Shown: positions 28,849 through 39,575 of the stretch, in pieces
Position numbering within the stretch: the stretch's first letter is position 1
How the letters are laid out: every line of letters begins with the position of its first letter
NCBI GenBank assembly: GCA_947643225.1
Contig: CANRVH010000002.1
Coordinates: forward strand, 9,628 to 73,627
Source of the DNA: an uncultured Clostridia bacterium
GTDB taxonomy: Bacteria; Bacillota_I; Bacilli_A; RF39; UBA660
Length of the DNA: 64,000 nucleotides
Reading direction: 5' to 3'
The notes under the pieces: model-generated
What the model saw: only the letters and a program-made list of their open reading frames with translations
What the model was told of the DNA's origin: nothing
Database searches by the model: none
Position numbers and translations under genes: made by a program

Positions 28849-29613
28849 ATGGATACTTTGTATATCATTTTCTTTTTTATTTTAGGAAGTACTCTAGGTT
28901 CCTTCTTTGGGGTACTTGGAGAGCGACTTCCAAAAAAAGAAAATTTCACTACTAGCCACTCACATTGTAATAATTGTAATAAAACCTTGCATTTTTATGA
29001 TATGATTCCAATATTATCCTATTTATTGCATTTAGGAAGATGCAGGTATTGTAAAGAAAAAATCCCAACAATATTACCACTATTAGAACTAATAACAGGG
29101 CTTTTATTTTCTGTTAGTTACTATAGTTTTGGACTTAGTTATGACTTGTTGTTAGCTTTAGGAGTAGTCTCTCTTTTAGTGATTATTTTAGTAACAGATT
29201 TAACTTATTATATTATTCCCGATGAAGTAGTGATATTTTTTATTTTCTATTTTACTTTTATTCAGTTTTTTAAAGTAGGTTTTAATGAGACTTGTACTCA
29301 TATTACAACAGGACTTTTCCTTTTTTCTTTAATGTATTTTATCATGTGGCTTGGAGAAAAAATATTTAAGAAAGAAAGTTTAGGTGGAGGAGATGTTAAA
29401 ATTTTATTTGTTTTTGGATTAGTCTTAGAACCAATGTTAGGAGTACTAACGATTTTTTTAGGAAGTTTAATTGCCCTGCCTGTTGCGATTGTAATCTTAT
29501 TTACCAATAAAGAACATATGATTCCATTTGGACCATTTTTGACTATATCCTTTGCTCTGATTTTCTTTAGCAAAATTACAACTACAGATTTTCTTCACTT
29601 TCTTGGACTGTAA
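28849..29613 (+). CDS. pilD: prepilin peptidase (A24 family, PilD/ComC)
   Basis: N-terminal CNNC...CRYC zinc tetrad, multi-TM, catalytic Asp-containing loops. Next to pilC. Confidence 0.8.
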   Translation: MDTLYIIFFFILGSTLGSFFGVLGERLPKKENFTTSHSHCNNCNKTLHFYDMIPILSYLLHLGRCRYCKEKIPTILPLLELITGLLFSVSYYSFGLSYDLLLALGVVSLLVIILVTDLTYYIIPDEVVIFFIFYFTFIQFFKVGFNETCTHITTGLFLFSLMYFIMWLGEKIFKKESLGGGDVKILFVFGLVLEPMLGVLTIFLGSLIALPVAIVILFTNKEHMIPFGPFLTISFALIFFSKITTTDFLHFLGL

Positions 29614-29714
29614 TAAACAAATAGTTTGTTACTTTTTTCTTTTTTTATCTAAATCTTTTTACTTTTTACTTATTTTTAGATATAATGTTTTTAGTTTAAT
29701 AAAAGAGGTGAAAA

Positions 29715-32012
29715 TTGATGAAAGAGAAAAAAGAAAAAAAAGCTATCCAAGGAAAAAGGAAAGTAATAATAACTAGTATAGTTTTAGTAATACTAACAGT
29801 TACAATGTGTTTTTGTTTTCCACCATTATTTAAAAGTTTAAATTTTGGACTTGATTTACAAGGAGGATTTGAAGTTTTATATGAGGTGAAATCTATTGAT
29901 GGATCTAAAATGACAGATGAAAAGATGAACAGTACTTATAAAACATTGAGCAAAAGAATTGATAGTTTAGGAGTTAGTGAGCCAGAAATTATTATTGAGG
30001 GCAACAATAAAATCAGAGTAAAACTTGCAGGAGTTAAAAATGAAGATGATGCACGTAGGCAGTTAGCCACAGTTGCGACTTTATCCTTTAGAGATACAGA
30101 AGACAAACTCTTAATGACCAGTGATGTTTTAGCAAGTGGAAAGGCAAAAGTAACAGAAGATGCATCAGGTAATCCAGCTGTTTTGTTAAGTGTCAAAGAT
30201 AAAGATAAATTTTATGCTGTTACCAACAGAGTAAAAGATTATAAAGAAAATATGATTGTCATATGGCTTGATTATGATCCGAATACTAACCATTTCGCAA
30301 CAGAAAAAAATTCATGTGGAACAAGTGGATCGAATTGTTTAAGTGCCGCAACAGTATCACAAGGATTTGCTAGTGATGTAATCATCCAAGGAAATTTTAC
30401 AACAGAAGAAGTCAATAATTTAGTAGATTTAATTAATTCAGGAAGTCTTCCTTCAAAACTTACAGAAATATCTAGTAAAACAGTAGGGGCTAGTTTTGGA
30501 GATGAAACTCTACAAAAAACATTAATAGCAGGTATAATTGGTGTAATTTGCATAGTGATTATTTTAGTTTTAATTTACCATTTTGCAGGAATCGTTTCAT
30601 CAATTAGTATGATTATGTACACACTATTAGTCTTTTTCATTTTTTGGCTAATAGGGGGCGTACTAACATTACCAGGAATTGCAGCCTTAGTATTGGGGAT
30701 TGGAATGGCAGTAGATGCTAATGTCATTACTTATTCTCGTATTAAAGAAGAATTGTATAAAGGAAGAAGCTTAGAAATGGCTTTTAAAATAGGTTCAAAA
30801 GAAAGTTTTTCTTCTATCTTTGATAGTAATGTAACAACACTATTAGTTGCAGTAATTATGTTTATTTTTGGAGAATCTAGTGTTAAAGGTTTCGCAACAA
30901 TGTTAATGATCACAATATTTGTAACCATTATAACCATGATTATCATAACAAGATCACTTTTAAAAGTATTGATCAATACAGGTTATTTCAGTAATAAAAC
31001 AAATTTATTTATTCACGTTAAAGAAACAGAAATACCAGATATTAAAAAAGAGGAAAAACCTAAGGTTATTCCCTTTAGAAATACAAACTTTTTAAAACCA
31101 ACTAAAATTTTCGTTATTATCTCCTGCATAATATTGCTAGGAGGAGGAATCTTCTTAATCAGTCAAGGAGGCTTTAATCTGGGAGTTGATTTTAAAGCAG
31201 GAAGTGATATTAGTCTAGTAACAAAACAAAAAATAACAAAAAAACAAATTAAAGAAGACATGAAAGAGTTAAAACTAAAGGAAACAGAGATTACAATTAA
31301 TCAAGAAAATATTGATATCATGATTAGCAATGTTTTAAATGCCAATCAAGTAAAAAAAGTAAAAAATCACTTTACAGATAAATACACTGCTAAAGTAGAT
31401 ATTGGTGTTGTAAGTAATGTAGTGAAAGAACAGTTAATTAATAATGCCATTCTATCTGTTATAGTAGCTATATTAGGGATTATTATTTATATTTCTCTTA
31501 GATTCAAATTTAGTTATGGTCTAGCTAGTGTTATTGCCTTAATACACGATATTGGAATGATCTTTGCTATTTTTGCGATCACTAGATTAGAAGTATCTAC
31601 TATGTTTATTGCAGCAGTACTAGCAATTATTGGTTATTCTATTAACGATACAATAGTTTGCTTTGATAGAATTAGAGAAAATTTAGATAAAATTAATGAT
31701 AAAAAATTAACAAAGGAAAAATTAGAGGAAGTTACTAATCAAAGTATTAGGGAAACCTTTACAAGAACAATTTGGACTTCTCTTACTACAATTATTCCTG
31801 TTCTTACTTTAATTTTCTTAGGAAGCAGAGAAATATTAGAATTTAATATTGCCATGTTAATTGGGTTAATAAGTGGTACATATTCATCAATATTTATTGC
31901 AACAACCATTTTCTTATTAGTAGAAAAAAAGAATATCGGAAAAAAGAAAAAAATAAAAAAAGTATATAAAGATGATCTAGAAGAAAAAATGATTAAGGGA
32001 GTTAATTGTTAG
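29715..32012 (+). CDS. secDF: protein translocase subunit SecDF (fusion)
   Basis: 765 aa. SecD periplasmic domain plus 6 TM, then SecF periplasmic domain plus 6 TM. Confidence 0.9.
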   Translation: MMKEKKEKKAIQGKRKVIITSIVLVILTVTMCFCFPPLFKSLNFGLDLQGGFEVLYEVKSIDGSKMTDEKMNSTYKTLSKRIDSLGVSEPEIIIEGNNKIRVKLAGVKNEDDARRQLATVATLSFRDTEDKLLMTSDVLASGKAKVTEDASGNPAVLLSVKDKDKFYAVTNRVKDYKENMIVIWLDYDPNTNHFATEKNSCGTSGSNCLSAATVSQGFASDVIIQGNFTTEEVNNLVDLINSGSLPSKLTEISSKTVGASFGDETLQKTLIAGIIGVICIVIILVLIYHFAGIVSSISMIMYTLLVFFIFWLIGGVLTLPGIAALVLGIGMAVDANVITYSRIKEELYKGRSLEMAFKIGSKESFSSIFDSNVTTLLVAVIMFIFGESSVKGFATMLMITIFVTIITMIIITRSLLKVLINTGYFSNKTNLFIHVKETEIPDIKKEEKPKVIPFRNTNFLKPTKIFVIISCIILLGGGIFLISQGGFNLGVDFKAGSDISLVTKQKITKKQIKEDMKELKLKETEITINQENIDIMISNVLNANQVKKVKNHFTDKYTAKVDIGVVSNVVKEQLINNAILSVIVAILGIIIYISLRFKFSYGLASVIALIHDIGMIFAIFAITRLEVSTMFIAAVLAIIGYSINDTIVCFDRIRENLDKINDKKLTKEKLEEVTNQSIRETFTRTIWTSLTTIIPVLTLIFLGSREILEFNIAMLIGLISGTYSSIFIATTIFLLVEKKNIGKKKKIKKVYKDDLEEKMIKGVNC

Positions 32013-32033
32013 CAAGATAAAAGGGGTGAATTT

Positions 32034-34187
32034 ATGTCACATTCTAAAGATAAAATAACCTTTGATGAAGTGATAGAACAAGTAAAAACATATATTACAA
32101 GTGAACAAGAGATAAAAAATATCGAAAAAGCCTATCAACTGGCCTTTACCAAACATGATGGTCAATACCGAAAAAGCGGGGAACCTTATATTATTCATCC
32201 ACTCAATGTAGCAAAAATTTTAACAACAGTATATGCAGATAGTACAACAATTCAAGCTGGACTTTTACATGATGTATTAGAAGATTGTGATTGTACAAAT
32301 GAAGAAATGGAGAGTATTGTAGGCAGTGAGGTTACAAAATTAGTAGAAGGAGTAACCAAACTATCTAAATTACACTTTTCAACAGAAAATGAATACTTAA
32401 TTGAATATTATAAAAAAATCATTGTAGGAATGAGCGAAGATGTCCGTGTAATCATTATTAAACTTGCTGATAGGCTACATAATATGAGAACTCTTTGGGC
32501 TTTACCAGAAGAAAAAAGAGTAAAAAAAGCTAATGAATCTCTAGAAATTTTAGCTCCTATTGCCCATCATTTAGGAATTCATAAAGTTAAAAGTGAATTA
32601 GAAGATTTAGCGCTTCGTTATTTAAAACCAGAAGTTTTTTATGATATTGCAGAAAGACTAAATAAGACAAAACTAGAGCGAGACTGGACTGTTCATCAGA
32701 TGATGGAAGAGGTGAAAGATCTCCTTACTGAACATAATATTACTTTTGAAATGAAAGGACGTAGCAAAAGTATTTATAGTATTTACAATAAATTAGATAA
32801 AGGAAAAAAGTTTGGAGAAATATATGATTTACTTGCTATGAGAATTCTTGTTCATACGAAACAAGAATGCTATTTAGCACTTGGATTAATTCACTCAAAA
32901 TATAGACCAATGCCAAAAAGATTTAAAGACTATATAGCTATGCCTAAACCAAATATGTATCAATCTCTTCATACAACTGTTTTTGGTATTGATGGTTATT
33001 TATTTGAAATTCAAATTCGAACATACGAAATGGATGAATTAGCAGAAAATGGTGTTGCGGCACATTGGGCTTATAAAGAAAAGGAAAACACCAAAGCCAA
33101 TTTACAATCTAGTACAGAACAAAAACTACAATTTTTTAAATCAATAATTGATTTATCTAATGACAAAATGAGCAGTGAAGACTTTGTGAATAGCATAAAA
33201 GAAGAAGTGCTAAACAATAATATTTATTGCTTTACTCCTAAAGGAGATGTTTTTGAACTTCCAAAAGGAGCAACCCCACTTGATTTTGCTTATAAGATTC
33301 ATACCCAAGTAGGTGAAACTACAGTCGGTGCTTTAGTTAATAACACTATCGCCCCACTTGACTATGAGCTTCATAATAATGATATTGTAAAAATCATTAC
33401 TAATAAATCCTCTAAACCATCAAAAGAATGGATCAATATGGTTAAATCTACTGCTGTAAAGAATAAGATTAGAAGTTATTTTAGTAGAAATGAAAAAGAT
33501 ATTTATATAGAAAGAGGAAAAGAATCTCTTGAAAAAGAATTAAGAAAAAGAAAATTTTCTATCACTGAGTTCTTCAATCAAGAAAATACAGAAAAACTAA
33601 TCAAAGAATTTAAAGTAGAGAATATTAATGAACTATATTTAAATGTTGGAAATGGGAAACATTCTCCCAAAACAGTAATTAACATTATTCATAAACTAGA
33701 GGAAGATCAACAACCAAAAAAGATGCCTCATCAGATAGAACAGGATCTAGATACAGATATTATTGTATCAGGAATTGATAAAGTAAAAGTAAATATTGCT
33801 AATTGTTGTAATCCAGTATATGGAGATGATATTATTGGTTATATCACAAAAGGAAATGGAATTAGTATTCACCGTGTTGTTTGTCATAATTTATCTACTT
33901 TGGATGATCGTATAGTAGAAGTAAAATGGAATAAAAAATCTAATACTAAAAAATATTTAACTATTATTCTAGTTTATTGTAAAGACAACGAAAATTATAT
34001 GGCTGACATCATTCAAAAAACTAGCATGATAGGAATTTCAGTTGATTATATTAAAAATGTTACTGGTTCAAATCATTCCATTTATCAAGCGAATTGCTAT
34101 GTTTCTAGTAAAGAAAAATTAGATAAGTTATTTCTAGAATTAAACAAACAAAATTACATCGATAAAGTAGAAAGGATTATGAGATAA
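32034..34187 (+). CDS. relA: bifunctional (p)ppGpp synthetase/hydrolase RelA/SpoT
   Basis: HD domain (HPLNVA..LHDVLED), synthetase core (RSKSIYSIYNKL, GY.SLHT), TGS and ACT domains, 717 aa. Confidence 0.95.
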   Translation: MSHSKDKITFDEVIEQVKTYITSEQEIKNIEKAYQLAFTKHDGQYRKSGEPYIIHPLNVAKILTTVYADSTTIQAGLLHDVLEDCDCTNEEMESIVGSEVTKLVEGVTKLSKLHFSTENEYLIEYYKKIIVGMSEDVRVIIIKLADRLHNMRTLWALPEEKRVKKANESLEILAPIAHHLGIHKVKSELEDLALRYLKPEVFYDIAERLNKTKLERDWTVHQMMEEVKDLLTEHNITFEMKGRSKSIYSIYNKLDKGKKFGEIYDLLAMRILVHTKQECYLALGLIHSKYRPMPKRFKDYIAMPKPNMYQSLHTTVFGIDGYLFEIQIRTYEMDELAENGVAAHWAYKEKENTKANLQSSTEQKLQFFKSIIDLSNDKMSSEDFVNSIKEEVLNNNIYCFTPKGDVFELPKGATPLDFAYKIHTQVGETTVGALVNNTIAPLDYELHNNDIVKIITNKSSKPSKEWINMVKSTAVKNKIRSYFSRNEKDIYIERGKESLEKELRKRKFSITEFFNQENTEKLIKEFKVENINELYLNVGNGKHSPKTVINIIHKLEEDQQPKKMPHQIEQDLDTDIIVSGIDKVKVNIANCCNPVYGDDIIGYITKGNGISIHRVVCHNLSTLDDRIVEVKWNKKSNTKKYLTIILVYCKDNENYMADIIQKTSMIGISVDYIKNVTGSNHSIYQANCYVSSKEKLDKLFLELNKQNYIDKVERIMR

Positions 34188-34621
34188 TGAAAGTACTAAT
34201 ACAACGTAGCAATTATGCCAGTGTTACAATCTCTAATGAGATAGTAGGAGAGATTAAGGAAGGTTTAGTTGTTTTTGTAGCCTTCTGTGAAGGAGACAAT
34301 GAAGAAAAAATTGATTATTTAGTGAAAAAAATTATCAATTTAAGAATATTTCCAGACAAAAATGGTATAATGAACCAATCCATTTTAGATTATGGAGGAA
34401 GTATTTTATCGATTTCCCAATTTACCTTATATGCTGATACAGCAAAAGGAAACAGACCTAGTTATAAAAAAGCTCTTAATAAAGGATATAGTAAAGATCT
34501 CTATTTATTATTTAATCAGAAATTAAGAGCATATACTAATGTTGAAGAAGGAATTTTTGGAGCTGATATGATAGTTAACATGAATAATATTGGACCAACC
34601 ACAATAATGATAGAGAGGTAG
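34187..34621 (+). CDS. dtd: D-aminoacyl-tRNA deacylase
   Basis: SQFTLYAD and NIGPTT motifs, 144 aa. Start overlaps the relA stop (TAATG). Confidence 0.9.
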   Translation: MKVLIQRSNYASVTISNEIVGEIKEGLVVFVAFCEGDNEEKIDYLVKKIINLRIFPDKNGIMNQSILDYGGSILSISQFTLYADTAKGNRPSYKKALNKGYSKDLYLLFNQKLRAYTNVEEGIFGADMIVNMNNIGPTTIMIER

Positions 34622-34625
34622 AAAA

Positions 34626-35684
34626 ATGAAAGAAAATAAATTAAATTATCGCTTAATTAATATTACAGCCTTAATGTTATTACTATATATTACCGTTACT
34701 AATATAGGAACATGGTACAACATTTTTGGAGAACTAATTAGAATCATTTTGCCCTTTATCATAGCCTTTGCAATTGCATATAGCTTAACTCCAGGAGTAA
34801 AGTGGTTACAAAATAAGGGACTTCCTAAATGGCTTTCCGTAACACTAATCACCCTTATTGCTATCTTAATCATTACTTTTATTTTAGCAACAACACTCCC
34901 ATTATTATATGATCAATTAATTTCACTTTCTAAAAATTTTACTAAGATTTCTAGTACAATTAGTAATAAATTTGATTTAAACCTAGGGACAGTAGAAGGA
35001 AATATAGAGGATTATTTAGATCTTGCCATTAAAAATATTGGAAAGTTTATTAGTGATGGAACAGCTGACTTTGTTTCAAAATCAATTGGTGCACTAGGAA
35101 ATGTAATTGTAGGTTTTGTAGCATCCATTTACTTTTTAGCTTATATGGAGAATATTCGTAATGGTTTAAAAAAATTTTTAAAAAGCATTTCTAAAAGAAT
35201 GTTAAAATATGTTCAGTGCCTAGATATCGAGATAGGAAACTATTTAAAAGGATTAACAATTTTTATGGTGATTCAATTCTTTGAATATTCTATTCTTTTT
35301 AGAATAGTCAACCATCCAAACTGGTTAATTCTAGGGGTTCTTGCATGTATTACAACAGTCATTCCTTATTTTGGAGGATTAATTACCAACTTAGTTGCAC
35401 TTGCTTTGGCTAGTATAACTACACCATATACTTTATTCGGAACACTGATAATTTGCGTCATTTTCCCACAATTAGATGGTTATTTAATCTCTCCAAAGGT
35501 ATATGGCAAAACTAATAATGTTAATCCCCTAATTACAATTATGGCCGTAAGTGTTGGTGGGACACTGGCAGGAGTAATCGGAATTATTGCCTCTCTTCCT
35601 ATTTATCTACTAATTAGAACAACTTATAATTTCTTTAAAAGAGATTTAAAAGAAAAAGTAAAAGATCTTAAACAAGCCATTTAA
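34626..35684 (+). CDS. AI-2E family transporter (UPF0118/PerM-like)
   Basis: 352 aa, ~8 TM, family-typical size and hydropathy. Confidence 0.5.
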   Translation: MKENKLNYRLINITALMLLLYITVTNIGTWYNIFGELIRIILPFIIAFAIAYSLTPGVKWLQNKGLPKWLSVTLITLIAILIITFILATTLPLLYDQLISLSKNFTKISSTISNKFDLNLGTVEGNIEDYLDLAIKNIGKFISDGTADFVSKSIGALGNVIVGFVASIYFLAYMENIRNGLKKFLKSISKRMLKYVQCLDIEIGNYLKGLTIFMVIQFFEYSILFRIVNHPNWLILGVLACITTVIPYFGGLITNLVALALASITTPYTLFGTLIICVIFPQLDGYLISPKVYGKTNNVNPLITIMAVSVGGTLAGVIGIIASLPIYLLIRTTYNFFKRDLKEKVKDLKQAI

Positions 35685-35742
35685 GACTTTTCTTTTTAAC
35701 AAAATTATGATATAATAACAAATATATTTTTGAGGTGATTAG

Positions 35743-36786
35743 ATGAGAATATTTAACCAAGATATTGTAGCTATTCAAAGGCATATTGAGGATGCCATTA
35801 GCCAATTATCTGAATTAATAAAACCAGATAAATTCATGGAAGTCCTTTATTTGATTAATGGTTTAAATGAAAATATTATTTATCATAGTGATATAGATAT
35901 TTATCAATCAAATAGAGAAAAAATAGATTCTGCCTATGGGATAGTTAAACAGGTAGTAGGATATTGGAAAATAGGAAATAGATTTTCAAAAAATTCTCAT
36001 AATATTGCTAACAATTATGGAATTTTATCTTCAGTTTCAAGTAGGATACTATATGGTTTAGATAAGAAAATAGATGTAGATGAAAACATGCTAAAAAGGG
36101 AAGAATATACAGAAGAGGAAATGTATGCTATCATTGAAAAATATTATCAAAAACAATTCGATTTCGAGAGTCTAGATCTTCTTCGATATCTATCAGAACA
36201 TGGGTTCATTTATGATATAGATTTAGGAGAAGAATTTGCTGGACTTAGCATGAGTTCAAGTGTTCTGGGGAAATATTTTATTCTTATACCTAATCATCAC
36301 AATTTTAATACCATAGTAACCTTAATTCATGAACTGAAACATATAAAAGAATGGCAAAAGATAAACAATTTACATCGTTCATTGAAATATAAGACAAATA
36401 ATAATTTTTTAGAAGTAGGGGCCATGTATGCAGAAAAACAGTTTTTAGAACACTTAAGTAAAGATACAAGTTTCAAAAAACAAGCCATTAATTGTCATTA
36501 TATGAATTATATGGAATTACAAAATCAGTTAAAATCGATTCTTCATTTATATTCTTCATCTACTGAATTAAGTGTTGAAGATGAAATTTACCTAGTTAAT
36601 AGTATTTGTGGTAACATTTTTAGTGATATTTTACTATCTGCAGATAAAAATATTAAAAAACAATTTTATGAAAGTTTAAAAAAGAGAAAAAATTTATTTT
36701 TAGATTCATTTGACTTCGCAGCTTTTGGGCTTACAAATTATGGAGCAGCAGATAAGGTCATAAAACAATATCAAAAGTACAAATAG
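35743..36786 (+). CDS. hypothetical protein with HExxH motif (possible metallopeptidase)
   Basis: VTLIHELKHIKEW; no other assignable motifs. Confidence 0.35.
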   Translation: MRIFNQDIVAIQRHIEDAISQLSELIKPDKFMEVLYLINGLNENIIYHSDIDIYQSNREKIDSAYGIVKQVVGYWKIGNRFSKNSHNIANNYGILSSVSSRILYGLDKKIDVDENMLKREEYTEEEMYAIIEKYYQKQFDFESLDLLRYLSEHGFIYDIDLGEEFAGLSMSSSVLGKYFILIPNHHNFNTIVTLIHELKHIKEWQKINNLHRSLKYKTNNNFLEVGAMYAEKQFLEHLSKDTSFKKQAINCHYMNYMELQNQLKSILHLYSSSTELSVEDEIYLVNSICGNIFSDILLSADKNIKKQFYESLKKRKNLFLDSFDFAAFGLTNYGAADKVIKQYQKYK

Positions 36787-37039
36787 AACAGTTATAGAAG
36801 AAAAATTTAAATATTAAATAGATTTACTACACAAAAAAATAACAACCTTTTGTGAAATAGATGCCAAAGTCTTTAAATAACCACCTATTCTTTTAAAAAG
36901 AAAACTTAATGGAATACGATCAAAATAATGATCATGAGGATGCGACTTATTAAGCGATCAATCACTAGATATTACTAGTAAAGAAGTAATGAAATTTTTA
37001 GATAAAAAAATAGAAAATTGAGAAGAAATATTGTATAAT

Positions 37040-37225
37040 ATAATTAACTTCTAAATAAAAGGAGTAAATTTCAAAAATTAGAGAGATATGATTAGGTGAA
37101 AAATCAGGAAGTTGAAGATACTTATAGAAAATAGAAGCGTATCTACTGCGATAAAGTAAACTAAGTAAAAAATAAGGTGGCACCGCGGGAAATCACGCCC
37201 TTAGTAGCCATCTTTTTATATTAAT
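37040..37225 (+). promoter_or_regulatory. T-box leader upstream of hisS
   Basis: Conserved T-box AATAAGGTGGCACCGCGG at 37171-37188, followed by terminator-like structure and a T-run (CCATCTTTTTAT). Lies in the 450-nt leader of a tRNA synthetase gene. Confidence 0.65.
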
Positions 37226-37236
37226 AGGAGGCAAAA

Positions 37237-38592
37237 ATGATAACAAAACCAAAAGGAACAAATGATTTATATGGAAAAGAGTCAAAGATTTGGAAATACA
37301 TAGAAGAAGTAATGGATAGTATTATGGAAAAATACAACTATAATTATATAAGAACTCCACTTTTTGAATCAAGCGAGTTATTTCATAGAGGAATAGGGGA
37401 TTCTACTGATATTGTCACAAAAGAAACTTACGACTTTAAAGATCGCGGAGATCGAAATATGACTTTAAGACCAGAAGGGACAGCTGGAGTAGTTCGTAGT
37501 TTTATTGAACACAAAATGTATGGAGAATCTCTTCCTGTAAAAGTATATTATAATGGAACGATGTACCGTTATGAAAGACCACAAGCTGGAAGAGAAAGAG
37601 AACTTACCCAATTTGGAATGGAAATTCTAGGAAGTAATGATCCTCTAAGTGATGCCGAAATCATTTCAGTAGCAGTCAATATATATAAAATGTTAGGCTT
37701 AAAAAATATAAAGGTTGAAATTAATTCATTAGGAGATAAAGAATCTCGTGATCGCTATAGAGAAGCTTTAGTAAATTATTTTAAACCTCATATGAAAGAT
37801 CTATGTGAAGATTGTAATGAAAGAATTAATAAGAATCCTCTTAGAATCCTTGATTGTAAAGTAGATGATGAAAAAGATATCATGAAAAATGCTCCTACGA
37901 CGATTGATTACTTAAATGAAGAATCGAAAAAAAGATTTGAACAAGTAAAAGAATATTTAGATATCTTAGAAGTAGAATATGTAGTAAATCCTAAAATCGT
38001 TAGAGGACTTGACTATTATAATCATACGGTTTTTGAAATTAAGGTAGATACAGAAAGTATTAGTAATCTTGCTCTTGGTGCTGGTGGAAGATATAATGGT
38101 CTAGTAAAACAACTAGATGGACCAGACACTGCTTGTATTGGCTTTGCCACTGGCCTTGACCGACTAGTAATGGCTCTTAAAGAGCAAGTTGTAGAAGTTC
38201 CAATTAAAGATTATCTTGATTGCTTTATTATGTATGTAAATGAAGAAGAAAAAAAATATGCCACATATTTATCACAAGAGCTTAGAATGGCTGGCTTTAT
38301 TTGTGATACTGAATATACTAGTAGAAGTTTAAAAGCTCAATTTAAGCAAGCAGATAGATTAAATAGCAAATATTTAATTATCTTAAATAGTGAAGATATA
38401 AATAATGGTCAGGTTAAAATTAAAAATAATGAAACCAAAGAAGAAGATTTGATCGAAATAGAATATTTAATTTATTATTTAGATGAACATTTAACAGAAC
38501 AAGATAGTTTTCAAATAGATGATTTAATGCATGAACATTGCCATTGTGATGATGATTGTTGTGATGGAGCTTGCAAACATCACCATGAATAA
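37237..38592 (+). CDS. hisS: histidine--tRNA ligase with C-terminal Cys/His-rich tail
   Basis: Class II motifs (MYRYERPQAGRERELTQFGMEILG; GGRYNGLV). Ends ..HEHCHCDDDCCDGACKHHHE. Confidence 0.9.
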   Translation: MITKPKGTNDLYGKESKIWKYIEEVMDSIMEKYNYNYIRTPLFESSELFHRGIGDSTDIVTKETYDFKDRGDRNMTLRPEGTAGVVRSFIEHKMYGESLPVKVYYNGTMYRYERPQAGRERELTQFGMEILGSNDPLSDAEIISVAVNIYKMLGLKNIKVEINSLGDKESRDRYREALVNYFKPHMKDLCEDCNERINKNPLRILDCKVDDEKDIMKNAPTTIDYLNEESKKRFEQVKEYLDILEVEYVVNPKIVRGLDYYNHTVFEIKVDTESISNLALGAGGRYNGLVKQLDGPDTACIGFATGLDRLVMALKEQVVEVPIKDYLDCFIMYVNEEEKKYATYLSQELRMAGFICDTEYTSRSLKAQFKQADRLNSKYLIILNSEDINNGQVKIKNNETKEEDLIEIEYLIYYLDEHLTEQDSFQIDDLMHEHCHCDDDCCDGACKHHHE

Positions 38593-38618
38593 TAATTTAT
38601 TTTAAGGGGAAACGGTTT

Positions 38619-39575
38619 ATGATTAATTTAGAACAAGGTCTACTAAAAAAGAGTGAAGTAGAGATTAGAGAATTATACACAACAGAAAAAGTACCATATT
38701 TACTTTTATTGATTACAGAAGAAGACAATATTAGTGCAACTTCAACATATGATATAGAATTCTACAAGATGTATAAAAAGGCTACTAAGAAAGTAAAAGA
38801 AGGTAAATTAAATTGTGCTGATTCTAAAACAAAAGAATTATTAGAACTTGGAATTGAAGAAATATATGAGAGATTTAATTATCCAAAAGAAGTTTACACT
38901 GAAGGAGAAAATAGTTATACATATAATAAATTATATAGATTAATGAAAGATGCAAAAGAATTTCAGCAAATATCACTATATGATTGGAAAAGTGATTATA
39001 TCAGAAATTTGCAAAGTCTAGGGTATGAACTTTACACAACCTCTGATGATATGTTTTATGTAAAAATTGAACAAAAAAAGAGAACATCCAAAATAATATT
39101 ATGGGAAGATTTAAATGAACAGAGTAAGAAATATTTTGCAGTTAATGTATGTTTTACAATATTACTAAGATATTTTAATAGTGAGAAAAAAACAAACCTC
39201 GGTTATTTGAATACTAGTAGGGAGGATACGCCAAATATTAAAGAACCTAATATTAAGAATATCGATGAAGAAACTGTAGTTATTCTTATTGGCCAGTTTG
39301 AGTTCGATATAGAGAGGTTTACAAGACAATTGGTTCTTCCTTATGATGATTTTACTAAAAAATTAAATAAATATGGGAATAAAGATGAATTTGAGATTCT
39401 TGATTACCTATGTATAGAATATAATTATCCACGCTCAGAAATCAAAAAAAGAATCATAGAATGCAATTTAATAAAAGAAATGGAAAGAAATAATTCTGTT
39501 TTAAGTAACAACCCTAAACAGAAAACAAAAGGCAAATTACGAGAATTAATTGGATTTAAAAGAAGGAGTAGTTAA
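38619..39575 (+). CDS. hypothetical protein (318 aa) inserted between hisS and aspS
   Basis: Clean ORF with RBS; no known motif. The Bacillus hisS-aspS operon has no gene here. Confidence 0.4.
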   Translation: MINLEQGLLKKSEVEIRELYTTEKVPYLLLLITEEDNISATSTYDIEFYKMYKKATKKVKEGKLNCADSKTKELLELGIEEIYERFNYPKEVYTEGENSYTYNKLYRLMKDAKEFQQISLYDWKSDYIRNLQSLGYELYTTSDDMFYVKIEQKKRTSKIILWEDLNEQSKKYFAVNVCFTILLRYFNSEKKTNLGYLNTSREDTPNIKEPNIKNIDEETVVILIGQFEFDIERFTRQLVLPYDDFTKKLNKYGNKDEFEILDYLCIEYNYPRSEIKKRIIECNLIKEMERNNSVLSNNPKQKTKGKLRELIGFKRRSS

